A stretch of 55,487 bases of DNA from Candidatus Poseidoniaceae archaeon (GCA_024958795.1 JANXHP010000037.1:1-55487), one strand, 5' to 3'. Shown: positions 38,211 to 48,504, counted from the first letter of the stretch. Made by a program: numbers and translations. The notes: generated by a model from the sequence alone, not told the origin.

Positions 38211-41200
38211 TCAACCTCTTCTTCTAAGTGGCCGTACATAACCTGAATCATCTGAACGACGTTCTTCCTTTGATAATATGGATGGTGCAGGAGGTGGAGC
38301 GTGGTGATCCATGCCCAGTAACCCTCCTTGGGACTCTACATGCTCAACATCGTAGGTTTCTGCAGCTTTCTTCGCTTCCTCTTCCACTTCAGTAGGTTCT
38401 CTCATTACAAACCAGCCTAATACTAATGCAGCTGTGATAAGTATGATGAATGTTAACAGGTCTGAGCCTGCATCTGCTAGCCAATTCTTCCAGTCTTGGA
38501 CACTGAAATCAGATAATGATGGTGGGGCTTCTGCTTCAGGGATTACTTGGACATCTGTATCCATTACATCACACATATCAAGTCCATTACAAACCTGTAG
38601 TCTAATTTGTACCAATCCTGCTTCTTGCCAACTTGCAGAGACTCTTGAACTAGAACCTGCAAGAGGAGACACCCAATCATCAGCAAAATTACCATTTTCA
38701 TTAGCATCCACTGCTAAGTCCAAGTCCCATTGAACCAATAATCCTGATTCAATCCTCTCGTCACGGTCACTAATTGACCCATCTGCTACATTCAAATCTC
38801 TGTAAATAATCAGTTCTTCGTTTTCTATTCCAGTAATATTAGCATTCAATGAATTTACATCTCCAGCAAACACATCTTCAGGAATAAATATCTCCTCAAT
38901 GACTGGTGGTTTCTCGATTATTACTGTGTATGATTGCCTTGTAACATCTCCAGTTCCAAAGGAATCTCTAACAGTTAATGTAACGATATATTTCCCCGGA
39001 ATCGAATAAGAATGCCATGGTGAAGGTGCGTGATCCAATGGAGTTGCATCACCAAAATCCCAAGTATAACTGACGATTCCATTCCAATCTGGTGATGTCG
39101 TTTCAAGTGGAATATACATTCCTTCATAGCGCCGGTCGCCATCTCTTGTTCCTTCAGAATCAAAGAATAGTAATGTTCCTGGTGCTGCTATTGAATTTCC
39201 ATCCTCATCAAAAGTCCTAGACCAAGATTCTATCACCGTTCCTTCTGGTAGGGATGTTTCATCTGTTACAATATTTCCTTCCAACCATGCATCCAATATT
39301 TTTACGCTGATGATTGGAACTGGGTTCGAAATCCTAATAGTCATAGTCTTAGCGATGCTTGTCTCTTCACTCTCATCAGTGACAATCAATACTACATTGT
39401 GAACCCCAGGTTCAGTAAAAGTGTGAGTAACTTGTGGCCTATCTCCAAATGTTCCATCAGAGAAACTCCAATTGAAAGTGAGGTCGCTTGAATCTCCGAC
39501 TGTACCATCTGGATCAAAACTATTCCTTCCATCAAAGGTGTATGGAGTATCAACTTGTCCATCTGTTGCACGGAAATCAATTAATTCAGAACCAGTTGAT
39601 GCAGTAGTTCGCACAAGGAAATCTGATACTGGAATCTGGTTGAGAACTGTAACATAAAATTGTGCAGTAGAAGAACTTCCATCATCATCGGTTGCGATTA
39701 GTTGAACGGTCATCACTCCAGCATCATTCCACCCGACAATAGGATTCGATTGGGCGCTGCTAGTGGTAGTAAAATCATCAGTTCTATCAAGAGATCCACC
39801 GTTGAGATTGACACCCTCTGGGAAATTCCATGCATATGTTACTATTTGCCCATCATAATCTTTGAAGACATCGGGCATTACCAAAGGAGTGTAAGTATAC
39901 GTAGTCATATTTTCAGACCAAATTTGAACTGGAACCCTATTGCTAACATGAACCAAAATTGATTTCACACCTACATTTATTCCATCTGAAACACTCAATA
40001 TAAGATTATAGGTCTGATTTGTTGAATTCAACGCACCCCATTCGTGATGAGCTGAATACATTCCGATTCCCCCTTGTGATGAACCATCGCCCCAATCCCA
40101 ATCGAATTGAAGATTGGCTGTTGGTACGTTATCTGCTGTTCTTCCTGCCGAGAATAGAATCTTTTGATTTGTTAGTATTGATATTTCTGTATCAATCACA
40201 ACATTGTTAACCGTGATAATAGGTACGGGTTGAGTAGTATCATTGACCACTATTTCATGAATATCCGTTTCTGACCAAGTTCCACCCACATCTTGTATTC
40301 TCAAAGTTGCATTGTAAGTTCCAACAGATGTGTAGTGACGGACAGGTGACTTCAAACTTGAACTAACATTATCTCCAAAATTCCATGTATATGCTATTGC
40401 AGAGTCATAATATGGCAATGAATTATTGTCAAGAGAAAGCCCCCATGCATCAAATCCATCTCCATTAAATTGAACATTTTCCCAAGTTTGTGTTTGATTA
40501 GGAGCAACACTACCGTTTGCGGTTGGACGCATATTTGCTAGCGATTGAGGAGAGGTTGTTGTTGAATCAACAACCGTTCCCAGCATATCTCTCATCTCTA
40601 AATCAAATGTGTATTGGTCAGTAATCGCTGCTGTAAAGTAAACATCGCCTCCAACATTAACGCCTCCTCCTGCAGATATTCTATTTGTTAGAGAATCTAT
40701 TTCATTACCAAATCCATCCTTTACTTTGACGGTTACATCTAAGTCTTCAAAAAATGCATTTGACAAAACATTGTAATTGATGTGAGCAGTATCTGGTGAC
40801 CCATCTCCATCTCTATCAGATAGAATCGTAGTATTCAATGCAATAGTCGCTGGAGAAGTAATCCTTGCTGCTTCAACATCGATAGTTCCTTGTGGATATG
40901 AAGAACCACATGAGGTGTAATCACAGTCTGCAACTGTACTTGCATACCAAGTAATTGCCCATACTTCATCAGTTAAATTACCAAATCCAGGAATTAGTCC
41001 GGTAGCAACATTATTTTGGAAATCTAAATCAATAACACTCCACAGACCATCTGTAGTAGATTTTGAAACTAATACTCCTTCAAAATGACTGACATCTGTT
41101 GTGAATCTCATTGTTAATGGGGCTGGAGAAGAAGTACCTGGAGTAAATTTGAAAGAACGTATTCCCCATCCTTCAACACTATGACCTGTTGACGACCATG

Positions 41201-42416
41201 GACCAATCCATTCAGAATTAGTATCTGCTGGTTGAGCCCTACAAAATGAACCCGAAGCACATGCTTGTGTCAATTGAAGATTTGGATATCCCCATATTCC
41301 TTGATCGCTATCCAATGTAGCAGCAATTGAGAAATTAGCAAACACTTCAGACATTGTCCTACCAACTTTACCCGATTGACCGGATTGTGGTGAGAGTGCT
41401 AGATTAACAACTCCTTGACCTCCTGTTGCACTATCCTGTACTAATTGCCTTACCGCAGGCCCTCCACCTAAGTGTTCAGCCAAATACATGGTGAACATAT
41501 ATCCTGCACCATAATCTGCAATTCTCTGATTCCACCATCTAACACTTAGATTTGGATTTGATGTCCAAGCATTCACATGCCCTGTGAGGGTTGAATCAGC
41601 ACCAAAGCAAAGATAGATTGCAACATCTGCATTTCCTTCATCTATCCACAGATTCTCATATGGATCTTGCGCATTATGCAATAGATGCTCTAATTCATGA
41701 GCAAGAATTGATTTACCCCAAGTCAATGTGATATCCGCATAATCAACAAAAACAGCTTCTCGTGAAGATGCGAATGATGGTGCAAAATATCCACCAATAT
41801 TATACGCACCGTCAATATCGTAAATTACGATTTGAACTTGACAATTATTATCATTATCAGGAGGGGCTAAACCTCTTCCATCTTGGTAATCCTTTCCATA
41901 ATAAGTAGTCATTGTTGGATAGATTGTTTGATCCCATGTCTGTGCAAGATTGTTTAGAACTGTAGATGAAAGAGTTCTTCCCGATTGAACGAGGAATGCC
42001 ACCGATACTGTTGTTTTTGCAACATAGGTACTTATCGAACCGCCCGAGGTTGGAACAGTTAGAGTATCGCCCACCACATGCGGAGAACATGCTCTTGCTG
42101 AAGAGCGCCCATTAGTAGATGGTTGCATTACCATTTCATCAACACCCGGCATTCCTGCTTCAATCCACTTCAATTTCATGAAGGATGATGCCGAGACGAC
42201 AATCTCCTCTTCGTCGATAAACAAATACTCTCTTCCATCATCTGGATTGAACTCAGAAATATCACCAATTATTACTCCTCCAGCATTATATGGTACGGTC
42301 TCGGATGTACTAGATTCGTCCGACTGCGCCGCTGTTAACAACAGTATTGGCGACATACTAGCCAAGAGCAATATCGCAACGAATATGAAGGCTGGACTGG
42401 AGCGTAGTTCCGACAT
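38211..42416 (-). CDS. Giant extracellular zinc-metalloprotease-like protein with multiple PKD domains and a C-terminal TM anchor
   Basis: ILAHELEHLLHNAQDPYENLWIDEGNAD looks like HExxH plus a downstream Glu. PKD signatures repeat (WNFGDNVSS, WDWGDGSS, WNFSDGTFG...VTDESEE, WDFGDATP...VRDSFG). The C-terminal helix is LLTFIILITAALVLGWFV. ATG 42416 is preceded by GAGGT and yields a clean signal peptide. Confidence 0.75.
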   Translation of the reverse strand: MSELRSSPAFIFVAILLLASMSPILLLTAAQSDESSTSETVPYNAGGVIIGDISEFNPDDGREYLFIDEEEIVVSASSFMKLKWIEAGMPGVDEMVMQPSTNGRSSARACSPHVVGDTLTVPTSGGSISTYVAKTTVSVAFLVQSGRTLSSTVLNNLAQTWDQTIYPTMTTYYGKDYQDGRGLAPPDNDNNCQVQIVIYDIDGAYNIGGYFAPSFASSREAVFVDYADITLTWGKSILAHELEHLLHNAQDPYENLWIDEGNADVAIYLCFGADSTLTGHVNAWTSNPNLSVRWWNQRIADYGAGYMFTMYLAEHLGGGPAVRQLVQDSATGGQGVVNLALSPQSGQSGKVGRTMSEVFANFSIAATLDSDQGIWGYPNLQLTQACASGSFCRAQPADTNSEWIGPWSSTGHSVEGWGIRSFKFTPGTSSPAPLTMRFTTDVSHFEGVLVSKSTTDGLWSVIDLDFQNNVATGLIPGFGNLTDEVWAITWYASTVADCDYTSCGSSYPQGTIDVEAARITSPATIALNTTILSDRDGDGSPDTAHINYNVLSNAFFEDLDVTVKVKDGFGNEIDSLTNRISAGGGVNVGGDVYFTAAITDQYTFDLEMRDMLGTVVDSTTTSPQSLANMRPTANGSVAPNQTQTWENVQFNGDGFDAWGLSLDNNSLPYYDSAIAYTWNFGDNVSSSLKSPVRHYTSVGTYNATLRIQDVGGTWSETDIHEIVVNDTTQPVPIITVNNVVIDTEISILTNQKILFSAGRTADNVPTANLQFDWDWGDGSSQGGIGMYSAHHEWGALNSTNQTYNLILSVSDGINVGVKSILVHVSNRVPVQIWSENMTTYTYTPLVMPDVFKDYDGQIVTYAWNFPEGVNLNGGSLDRTDDFTTTSSAQSNPIVGWNDAGVMTVQLIATDDDGSSSTAQFYVTVLNQIPVSDFLVRTTASTGSELIDFRATDGQVDTPYTFDGRNSFDPDGTVGDSSDLTFNWSFSDGTFGDRPQVTHTFTEPGVHNVVLIVTDESEETSIAKTMTIRISNPVPIISVKILDAWLEGNIVTDETSLPEGTVIESWSRTFDEDGNSIAAPGTLLFFDSEGTRDGDRRYEGMYIPLETTSPDWNGIVSYTWDFGDATPLDHAPSPWHSYSIPGKYIVTLTVRDSFGTGDVTRQSYTVIIEKPPVIEEIFIPEDVFAGDVNSLNANITGIENEELIIYRDLNVADGSISDRDERIESGLLVQWDLDLAVDANENGNFADDWVSPLAGSSSRVSASWQEAGLVQIRLQVCNGLDMCDVMDTDVQVIPEAEAPPSLSDFSVQDWKNWLADAGSDLLTFIILITAALVLGWFVMREPTEVEEEAKKAAETYDVEHVESQGGLLGMDHHAPPPAPSILSKEERRSDDSGYVRPLRRRG

Positions 42417-42504
42417 TTGATAGACCTCAGGGAAACGCATCACTGGTTTCCAAAATCACGACTTGAAATGAGGTATTTAATACTCGGTCTATGAGGCATC
42501 AATA

Positions 42505-43731
42505 ATGCTCTTGCCATCTCGCACGCAAAGCGGTAGTAAAAAACACCTCATTGGAGTTGTTTTCGCCTGTTTTTTGCTAGTAAATGTTGTTTCAGTAAGC
42601 GGCAATACGGATGACCCTGATTGGGCCGATTCTGTTGACTTTTGCCAAAAAACAACCGAATTGCAATTCAATGGCACATTAGCAAACCATAGCGTTGTAT
42701 GGCAAACTGAACTTGGACCAAGATTGCCAGGTTCAAACGCATCATCATTACTGAGAACATCATTATCTGAAAATCTTACATCATTCGGTTGGAATGTTGA
42801 ATTCAGTAGCCATATTTCACATGAGATTGAATTAACCAATGTGATTGCAACTTGGAAACCTCAAAACCTGAGTCAAAATGAAACTGATAAATTAGGAAGA
42901 ATTGTGCTATCTGCACATTATGACAGCAGAAATATTGCCGATCGGGATTCAAATGAATCTCTTCGCAACACCCCGATTTTGGGGGCAAATGATGGTGCTA
43001 GTGGAGTTGCTGCTCTCATCGAATTGGGACGAATTATCCCCAATATGAATTTGAGTAATGAAGTAATGCTATTGTTTTCTGATGCAGAAGATCAAGGCGA
43101 TAACTACACACTTGGTGCTAAAGCTTGGGCTGATAACTTAACTGGAGATGAAATAAACCGTACTGAATCATTCATTTTGTTAGATATGATTGGAGATTCG
43201 GATTTGCATTTGACAAATATTATTCCATCAACACCAATATTAACCCAAAATATGATGCTTTTGGGTCAAAAACTCGGATTATCTAATCAAACTGATGGAT
43301 GTAATGGCCAAAGGTCTGATGTCATGTGGTCTAATCAATCACTGAATGTAATAGATGACCATGTTCACGCATATTATCTTGGAATCCCTTCTTTGGATAT
43401 TATTGATTTAGCATATGGTGAAAATGCATCTCCTTTCGAAGGTTATTGGCACACAACTCAAGACACTGCGGATAAAGTCAGTGCTGAATCACTTCAAAGC
43501 GTTGGGAGAATTGTTGAATTGGGATTGTTAACGGGTGCATGGACTACAATTGATACTCCGCTAGAAGTACTAGAAAAATCTACAAATCCAAATGATTCAG
43601 AAGAACTTCTGGTTATTGATGAAGATTTAGATGCGGGGGCTGATTCTTCAACTCTTTTAGCAATTATATCTTCGAGTGTTATTGCTCTTAGTATAGTTTC
43701 TTTGATTTTCCTAAATCGCTTTGTTGATTGA
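42505..43731 (+). CDS. M28-family aminopeptidase with a signal peptide and a C-terminal TM anchor
   Basis: Motifs are GANDGASGVAALIELGR, LLFSDAEDQG and ILLDMIGD. An N-terminal hydrophobic leader and a C-terminal helix are present. Confidence 0.8.
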   Translation: MLLPSRTQSGSKKHLIGVVFACFLLVNVVSVSGNTDDPDWADSVDFCQKTTELQFNGTLANHSVVWQTELGPRLPGSNASSLLRTSLSENLTSFGWNVEFSSHISHEIELTNVIATWKPQNLSQNETDKLGRIVLSAHYDSRNIADRDSNESLRNTPILGANDGASGVAALIELGRIIPNMNLSNEVMLLFSDAEDQGDNYTLGAKAWADNLTGDEINRTESFILLDMIGDSDLHLTNIIPSTPILTQNMMLLGQKLGLSNQTDGCNGQRSDVMWSNQSLNVIDDHVHAYYLGIPSLDIIDLAYGENASPFEGYWHTTQDTADKVSAESLQSVGRIVELGLLTGAWTTIDTPLEVLEKSTNPNDSEELLVIDEDLDAGADSSTLLAIISSSVIALSIVSLIFLNRFVD

Positions 43732-43747
43732 AAATTAGTGATAACTT

Positions 43748-43782
43748 GCGCGGACTTCCCATGAAAGGGGTAATATCCGCGC
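43748..43782 (+). terminator. GC-rich extended hairpin downstream of the M28 gene (possible terminator or processing structure)
   Basis: GCGCGGA (43748..43754) pairs with TCCGCGC (43776..43782), with an inner CCC/GGG helix. It starts 17 nt after the stop codon. No oligo-T tract follows, so the terminator role is uncertain. Confidence 0.3.
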
Positions 43783-43819
43783 ACGAACACCCTATGGATT
43801 GAGCGGAGGAGGTGATAGC

Positions 43820-44698
43820 GTGTCTGATAAGAGCATCGAAGAAAGAAAGGCTGCACTGAAGGCACGTGTTCAGTCTCAACTCCAAGCCTCACAGGAAGCG
43901 ACTGAACAAAGGGCGATTGCTTCTAGTGAAGAATTGGTTGTCAGTGTAGAAGAAATTGATGCTGCGGTAGAATTTGCGGCTGAAAAAACTAAACAACGCT
44001 GGTTGCGATTAGAGGAAGTTGAAAAAGGACGCTGGAGAACTATTGCTGCATCTTTAATCCTATTGGGTTCATTATTGGGAATGATGAGTGGTGCTTTGAT
44101 TTTGCAAGGAAATCCTAGTGAGATTATCTCTTCCTCATTTTTTGATTCTTCTGATTCTGTAGATCTTATTGGCTCTGCCATTCAAGCAGAAGAAGGCACA
44201 GTAGTGGAAAATGTAACTGTTGAATTGATTGAGATTGAGTCAAATACAGTCTTACGCACTACGAAAACTGATGGAAATGGTCTTTTTGTATTTGACAATG
44301 TTATTTCTGAATTACATATGTTAAAACTATCCAAAGAGGGCTATAATACGATGGAATTGAAGATAATTCCTGAACAAGCAGGTATTGGTCCAGTTACAAT
44401 GTCATTTGGTAATGAAACAATATCAATAAACCACTATTCTGTGTCTCAAGGGTGGGGCCTGGATAATGCAGTAGGCCTTTCTACAACTATTGGTATTCTA
44501 ACTGTAATCACTGGCTTAATTGGAATTCAAGCTGCTGTTGAGGTTAGAAGAGGAAAATATTATCGAAGAACACAATATTTGGCAGGAATTTCTCTCTTCA
44601 GCAGAGGGTTGATTATTTTTGGACCAGCATTAATCCTTGCAGGAATGATTACAATGGTTTTCATTAAAGAACAATTTGATGATTATCAGGAGGATTGA
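43820..44698 (+). CDS. Membrane protein with a carboxypeptidase-regulatory-like beta-sandwich domain
   Basis: GTVVENVTVELIEIESNTVLRTTKTDGNGLFVFDNV...KLSKEGYNT fits the CarboxypepD_reg pattern and is flanked by TM helices. GTG 43820 is preceded by GGAGGAGGTGA. Confidence 0.5.
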   Translation: MSDKSIEERKAALKARVQSQLQASQEATEQRAIASSEELVVSVEEIDAAVEFAAEKTKQRWLRLEEVEKGRWRTIAASLILLGSLLGMMSGALILQGNPSEIISSSFFDSSDSVDLIGSAIQAEEGTVVENVTVELIEIESNTVLRTTKTDGNGLFVFDNVISELHMLKLSKEGYNTMELKIIPEQAGIGPVTMSFGNETISINHYSVSQGWGLDNAVGLSTTIGILTVITGLIGIQAAVEVRRGKYYRRTQYLAGISLFSRGLIIFGPALILAGMITMVFIKEQFDDYQED

Positions 44699-44700
44699 GA

Positions 44701-46056
44701 ATGTATCTCATCACTGTCGAGGGTGGCGATGGCTCTGGAAAGGGTGAAGCGGCAAGAATCCTTCAAGAATTAGTTACCGATTTCCCCTTTCCAGGATATC
44801 ATTCAACTCATGAGCCAAGAAGGCATAGTGAATTGGGTAAACTTGCACTATCATCTGTAAAATTAGGTGATAAAACACCTCTTGAAGAAGCAGGGTTATT
44901 CGCAGCGGATAGATTGGACCATTCTCATACTTGGATTAGACCATTACTAGCGAAAGGCCATGTTGTAATTTCGGACAGAAATATTCATTCCTCCCTGATA
45001 TACCAGGGAGTGGTTGGAGAATTGGGATTAGAACAAGTGGCAAAAATGAATGCTGCATCTATGATTCCTGACCTCGTTTTTTGGATAGACTGTGACCCTG
45101 ATAAGGCAATTCAGAGAATCAAGAGTGGAACCTTGAGGATGTCGAGTGGAAAAAAGGAATATTTTGAAACTCCTGAAATTCAAAAGACGATTAGAAAGGG
45201 ATTCAATGATCTCTTGTCTGGAAAAATTACTGTACCTGCACCCTTTGACAAGTGTTGCATAATTGGACCAATTCTCAATGAAGGTGGATTAGATGAACTA
45301 CGCAGAAAATTGCGAACAGAATTACGTGCTTTTTTCAATAGAAGACCAGCTCCATTAAATGTTGATGCTGATGAAGTTGATAGATATCTATTGAGCACTT
45401 TAGTTACTGATGTAAAGAAACAAACAAGACTACCAGGTGCCCCTCATGAAAAGGCATCGATGAATATTGGCTGGCTTTCTGGAGACTCTCCATCAAATTG
45501 GATGCATTTTGCAGAAAAAAATTGGCCAAAGGAATCTGCAAAGTCATTTGATGTACCTGCAAGCCCCAATGCACAATCATGTTGGGCAGTGCTGGGAACT
45601 CTCTCACTAATTGTAGGTTCTAGTGAAATTCCGAGATTACACAAGTCACTTGGCCCTCATAGAATGGTTACTCAAAGGCATACTCAAAGATTGGTTAGAT
45701 GGTTAGAGAAAGAATGGTGGATTCACAAGCAACAATCACATGTTCCTTTTGCTGAAGCACAAATGTTCAAATTGAGAGATGATAAAATTGGATATTGTCG
45801 CTTGACATTAGCAATGTGGCCATTGCGTTCATCGCTTGCATCATGGAGGAGATCAAATCCACAAGGTGAATGGAAAAATGCATTAGCAGAAATATTACTA
45901 TTTGGGCAAGAAAAGTCACCACCTCCGGCAATAAGAAAAGCCGTTGCAAACGTGATTTCAAGATTAGAAATGCTTACCAGTGGACATGAAGATTGCCCAG
46001 TACCACAGAATATTGAAGAATTGATTATTTGGTGGAGTATGGACCCACCTCAGTGA
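44701..46056 (+). CDS. Thymidylate kinase-like domain fused to an uncharacterised C-terminal domain of about 240 aa
   Basis: The N-terminus is MYLITVEGGDGSGKGEAARIL (a P-loop, but GKG instead of GKS/T). The motif SDRNIHSSLIYQG (DRy..S..aYQg) is present. ATG 44701 is preceded by CAGGAGGA. The C-terminal half is Trp/Arg-rich with no motif I recognise. Confidence 0.65.
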   Translation: MYLITVEGGDGSGKGEAARILQELVTDFPFPGYHSTHEPRRHSELGKLALSSVKLGDKTPLEEAGLFAADRLDHSHTWIRPLLAKGHVVISDRNIHSSLIYQGVVGELGLEQVAKMNAASMIPDLVFWIDCDPDKAIQRIKSGTLRMSSGKKEYFETPEIQKTIRKGFNDLLSGKITVPAPFDKCCIIGPILNEGGLDELRRKLRTELRAFFNRRPAPLNVDADEVDRYLLSTLVTDVKKQTRLPGAPHEKASMNIGWLSGDSPSNWMHFAEKNWPKESAKSFDVPASPNAQSCWAVLGTLSLIVGSSEIPRLHKSLGPHRMVTQRHTQRLVRWLEKEWWIHKQQSHVPFAEAQMFKLRDDKIGYCRLTLAMWPLRSSLASWRRSNPQGEWKNALAEILLFGQEKSPPPAIRKAVANVISRLEMLTSGHEDCPVPQNIEELIIWWSMDPPQ

Positions 46057-46057
46057 T

Positions 46058-46885
46058 TCATTCTTCTTCGGATTCTTTTTGCAACTCAAATTTGGCTCCA
46101 CCTGGCAACTCTACTTGACTTGCGGTGTCAAACTTAACCGGCCTTGCAGAATATAGTGAAGATATTAATATCCCAAGGCCCATTCCAAATGGCCCTCCTG
46201 TCAATGGCCTAGTAATGTTATTTGATTCATAATCAGTTAGTAATTGTGTGAATCCATCAATGATTAATGGTACGCAGAATAACATTCCAAAACCGATCCA
46301 AGCAATTGTTCTATGATTGTCTCTATAGATTTTCTCCAACCAATTATCTGGTATTATTGATAGGCAAGTATCTTTGATTGTCCAACGATTATATCCTCTT
46401 CTAGAAAATACAAAACCACCTAGTGCTAATCCGAAGAAAATCCCAATATCTCTAGTACATACAGGCATTTGATTACCATTGATTTCCCAAGAACGTTCAT
46501 GCTTATTATGACAATTCAAATCTCCAAATGCATAGATAAATCCAGTATATGGATCTAATTCAGTCCATACAAATTCATTGTGAGTATGTATTGTACCATC
46601 TGTATGCGAATGCAATAGCAATGATTGTTCACTATTTCCAGATGAGCCAAATCCGTCTGATGTTGCAAAATCAAGTGCGTTAGCCCGACCCGAAATATCA
46701 GTAACACTACCTTCTGCAAGAATTAGGGGCGCAATAAAAAAAGATACGAAAAAGAAACCACAGATATAGAATATCCAAAGGCCAACTTTCCTTTCAGGCT
46801 CACGATTAGTCAGCCCATTCTTTCCCATGTAAGTCCTAATAGAAGGTGGGTAATATTCTTTTATTCTGCAAAGCATTGATGGCAT
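46058..46885 (-). CDS. DUF2085-like membrane protein
   Basis: CHNKHERSWEINGNQMPVCTRDIGIFFGLALGG matches the DUF2085 core CHq...RSf...g...PvC.R..Gi. It has several TM helices. ATG 46828 is an alternative start. Confidence 0.5.
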   Translation of the reverse strand: MPSMLCRIKEYYPPSIRTYMGKNGLTNREPERKVGLWIFYICGFFFVSFFIAPLILAEGSVTDISGRANALDFATSDGFGSSGNSEQSLLLHSHTDGTIHTHNEFVWTELDPYTGFIYAFGDLNCHNKHERSWEINGNQMPVCTRDIGIFFGLALGGFVFSRRGYNRWTIKDTCLSIIPDNWLEKIYRDNHRTIAWIGFGMLFCVPLIIDGFTQLLTDYESNNITRPLTGGPFGMGLGILISSLYSARPVKFDTASQVELPGGAKFELQKESEEE

Positions 46886-46905
46886 TTGTCAATTCCCTCA
46901 ATTAT

Positions 46906-47538
46906 ATGGGAGAACTTGAAGGTGAGCCTGTAGGCTTAGCCACAGGCATGGAGGCTGGTGGATTTCTAGGCCTTTACCTCGGATTCTCATTAGCTGTGGT
47001 TTCTGTATTAACCGATCCAAGTGAATTACAGCGTTTAGTATCCCTACTATGCTTGCCACCAATACTAATGTCGATAATTCTCGGCCCATTCCTTGCCAAA
47101 AGGAGAAGGCCTGTTTCACTAGCCGAGGAACCATTAAAAATAGCTAGAGAGGCTTTACAAGTCCATAATGAAGGACAGGGAAAATGGCGGTCATTAAGCC
47201 ACATTGTGAGTGATGGTAGAACGATTAGAATTGATATGCATAATTTGACTGAAATAGAAAATGTTGTCAAAGATGCTCTGATTTTAGCAGAAAAGTATCC
47301 TGTGAGATTCATTGTAGGTCAAGGGAAAAGTAGTAGCAGCCAACAAAATCTGAGAAATAGAGTTCTAACATATGTTGAAAATAATGTCAGCATTACAAGG
47401 AGAAATAGAAGTGCAAAATCTATTGAAGTAATTCCACAACCTTCTGCAGAGTATCTAAACTATCAAAGAACAACAAATAAATGGTTAATTATCTTGCTAC
47501 CAATCATTTCCTTCTTGGCATGGTTAGAAATGCGCTGA
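46906..47538 (+). CDS. Membrane protein with a degenerate Smr-like domain
   Basis: TIRIDMHNLTEIENVVKDALILAEKYPVRFIVGQGKSS...LRNRVLTYV parallels the Smr pattern iDLHG...eA...l......v.iIHGkG....L...V. TM helices lie at both ends. The start is uncertain (46846 GTG, 46879, 46906). Confidence 0.35.
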   Translation: MGELEGEPVGLATGMEAGGFLGLYLGFSLAVVSVLTDPSELQRLVSLLCLPPILMSIILGPFLAKRRRPVSLAEEPLKIAREALQVHNEGQGKWRSLSHIVSDGRTIRIDMHNLTEIENVVKDALILAEKYPVRFIVGQGKSSSSQQNLRNRVLTYVENNVSITRRNRSAKSIEVIPQPSAEYLNYQRTTNKWLIILLPIISFLAWLEMR

Positions 47539-47594
47539 ATTTGAAAAAAGCATCACATGAACGGACTTATCAGTAATCAACTACTGGGCTATTT

Positions 47595-48479
47595 ATGCGG
47601 GAGGTAACATTCTTTTGGAAAAAAGAACGCCTCCTCAACATAGATGTTGGACCAATGTATGATATCGTTAAGGAAATTGTCTTTTTATCATATGTAAAAA
47701 GAATTCCAAAAGACATACGTTGTGTGTTCAAAGTGCATTTCTTGAAGGGGAAAACACCTGAAATGCTCAATAAATTATATTACTTGGAAGTTCTAGAAAT
47801 CCTGCATCAACCAACTATTGATTCTGAACCATATCTTTTGTTGATGAGATTAGATCATCCATTGCCGAATATGAATGCCCGTACTGGGGGTTCGACTACA
47901 GTGGCTGGTAGCAAGCTTGATGGGCAAGGGATGACCTATACAATTCAAGGACAAGCGATGAAACTTAGATTGCTATCAGGATTGGCAAGATTGATGTTAA
48001 AACCGGATAGAACAAGTGCACGAACGCTTAATTTAAGCATAAATAGTGATCAAGGTCCACTGAAACCAAAACAGATGCAATTGGCCAAATATGCCTATGA
48101 TCAGGGATACTATGACACCCCTAAACGAGTGAGAATAACTGACTTGTCCGAAGGAGTTGGACTTGCGAGAGCAACTGTTTCAGAACATTTGAATCGTATT
48201 GAAGCGATAATAATGGATGACATGTTCTCTTCTTTTGACCGTCAATATTTGAAACCTGAAGAAATGAAGAAAATAGTTGAATCAATAGAAATTGAAGCAA
48301 GTGATAATCGTCATGAAGATGATGAAAGTTTCCAACTATTAATAAATAGAATTAGGCAAAACATTGAGGCTGAAGAAACTTCGATGAATTTGAAAAACGA
48401 AGGATTTGAAGAGATATCTAATACCGAAATTGAAGATTCGATGAAAATTTACAATGAAAAAAATAGTAATAATTCATAA
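47595..48479 (+). CDS. HTH_10 (Bat-type) archaeal transcriptional regulator
   Basis: LKPKQMQLAKYAYDQGYYDTPKRVRITDLSEGVGLARATVSEHLNRIEA fits the T.rQ...l..A...GYfd.PR......La..lgis..t..ehLr pattern. The tail is acidic. Confidence 0.7.
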   Translation: MREVTFFWKKERLLNIDVGPMYDIVKEIVFLSYVKRIPKDIRCVFKVHFLKGKTPEMLNKLYYLEVLEILHQPTIDSEPYLLLMRLDHPLPNMNARTGGSTTVAGSKLDGQGMTYTIQGQAMKLRLLSGLARLMLKPDRTSARTLNLSINSDQGPLKPKQMQLAKYAYDQGYYDTPKRVRITDLSEGVGLARATVSEHLNRIEAIIMDDMFSSFDRQYLKPEEMKKIVESIEIEASDNRHEDDESFQLLINRIRQNIEAEETSMNLKNEGFEEISNTEIEDSMKIYNEKNSNNS

Positions 48480-48504
48480 TAATGGCAATGAAAGAGGGAT
48501 AAGC

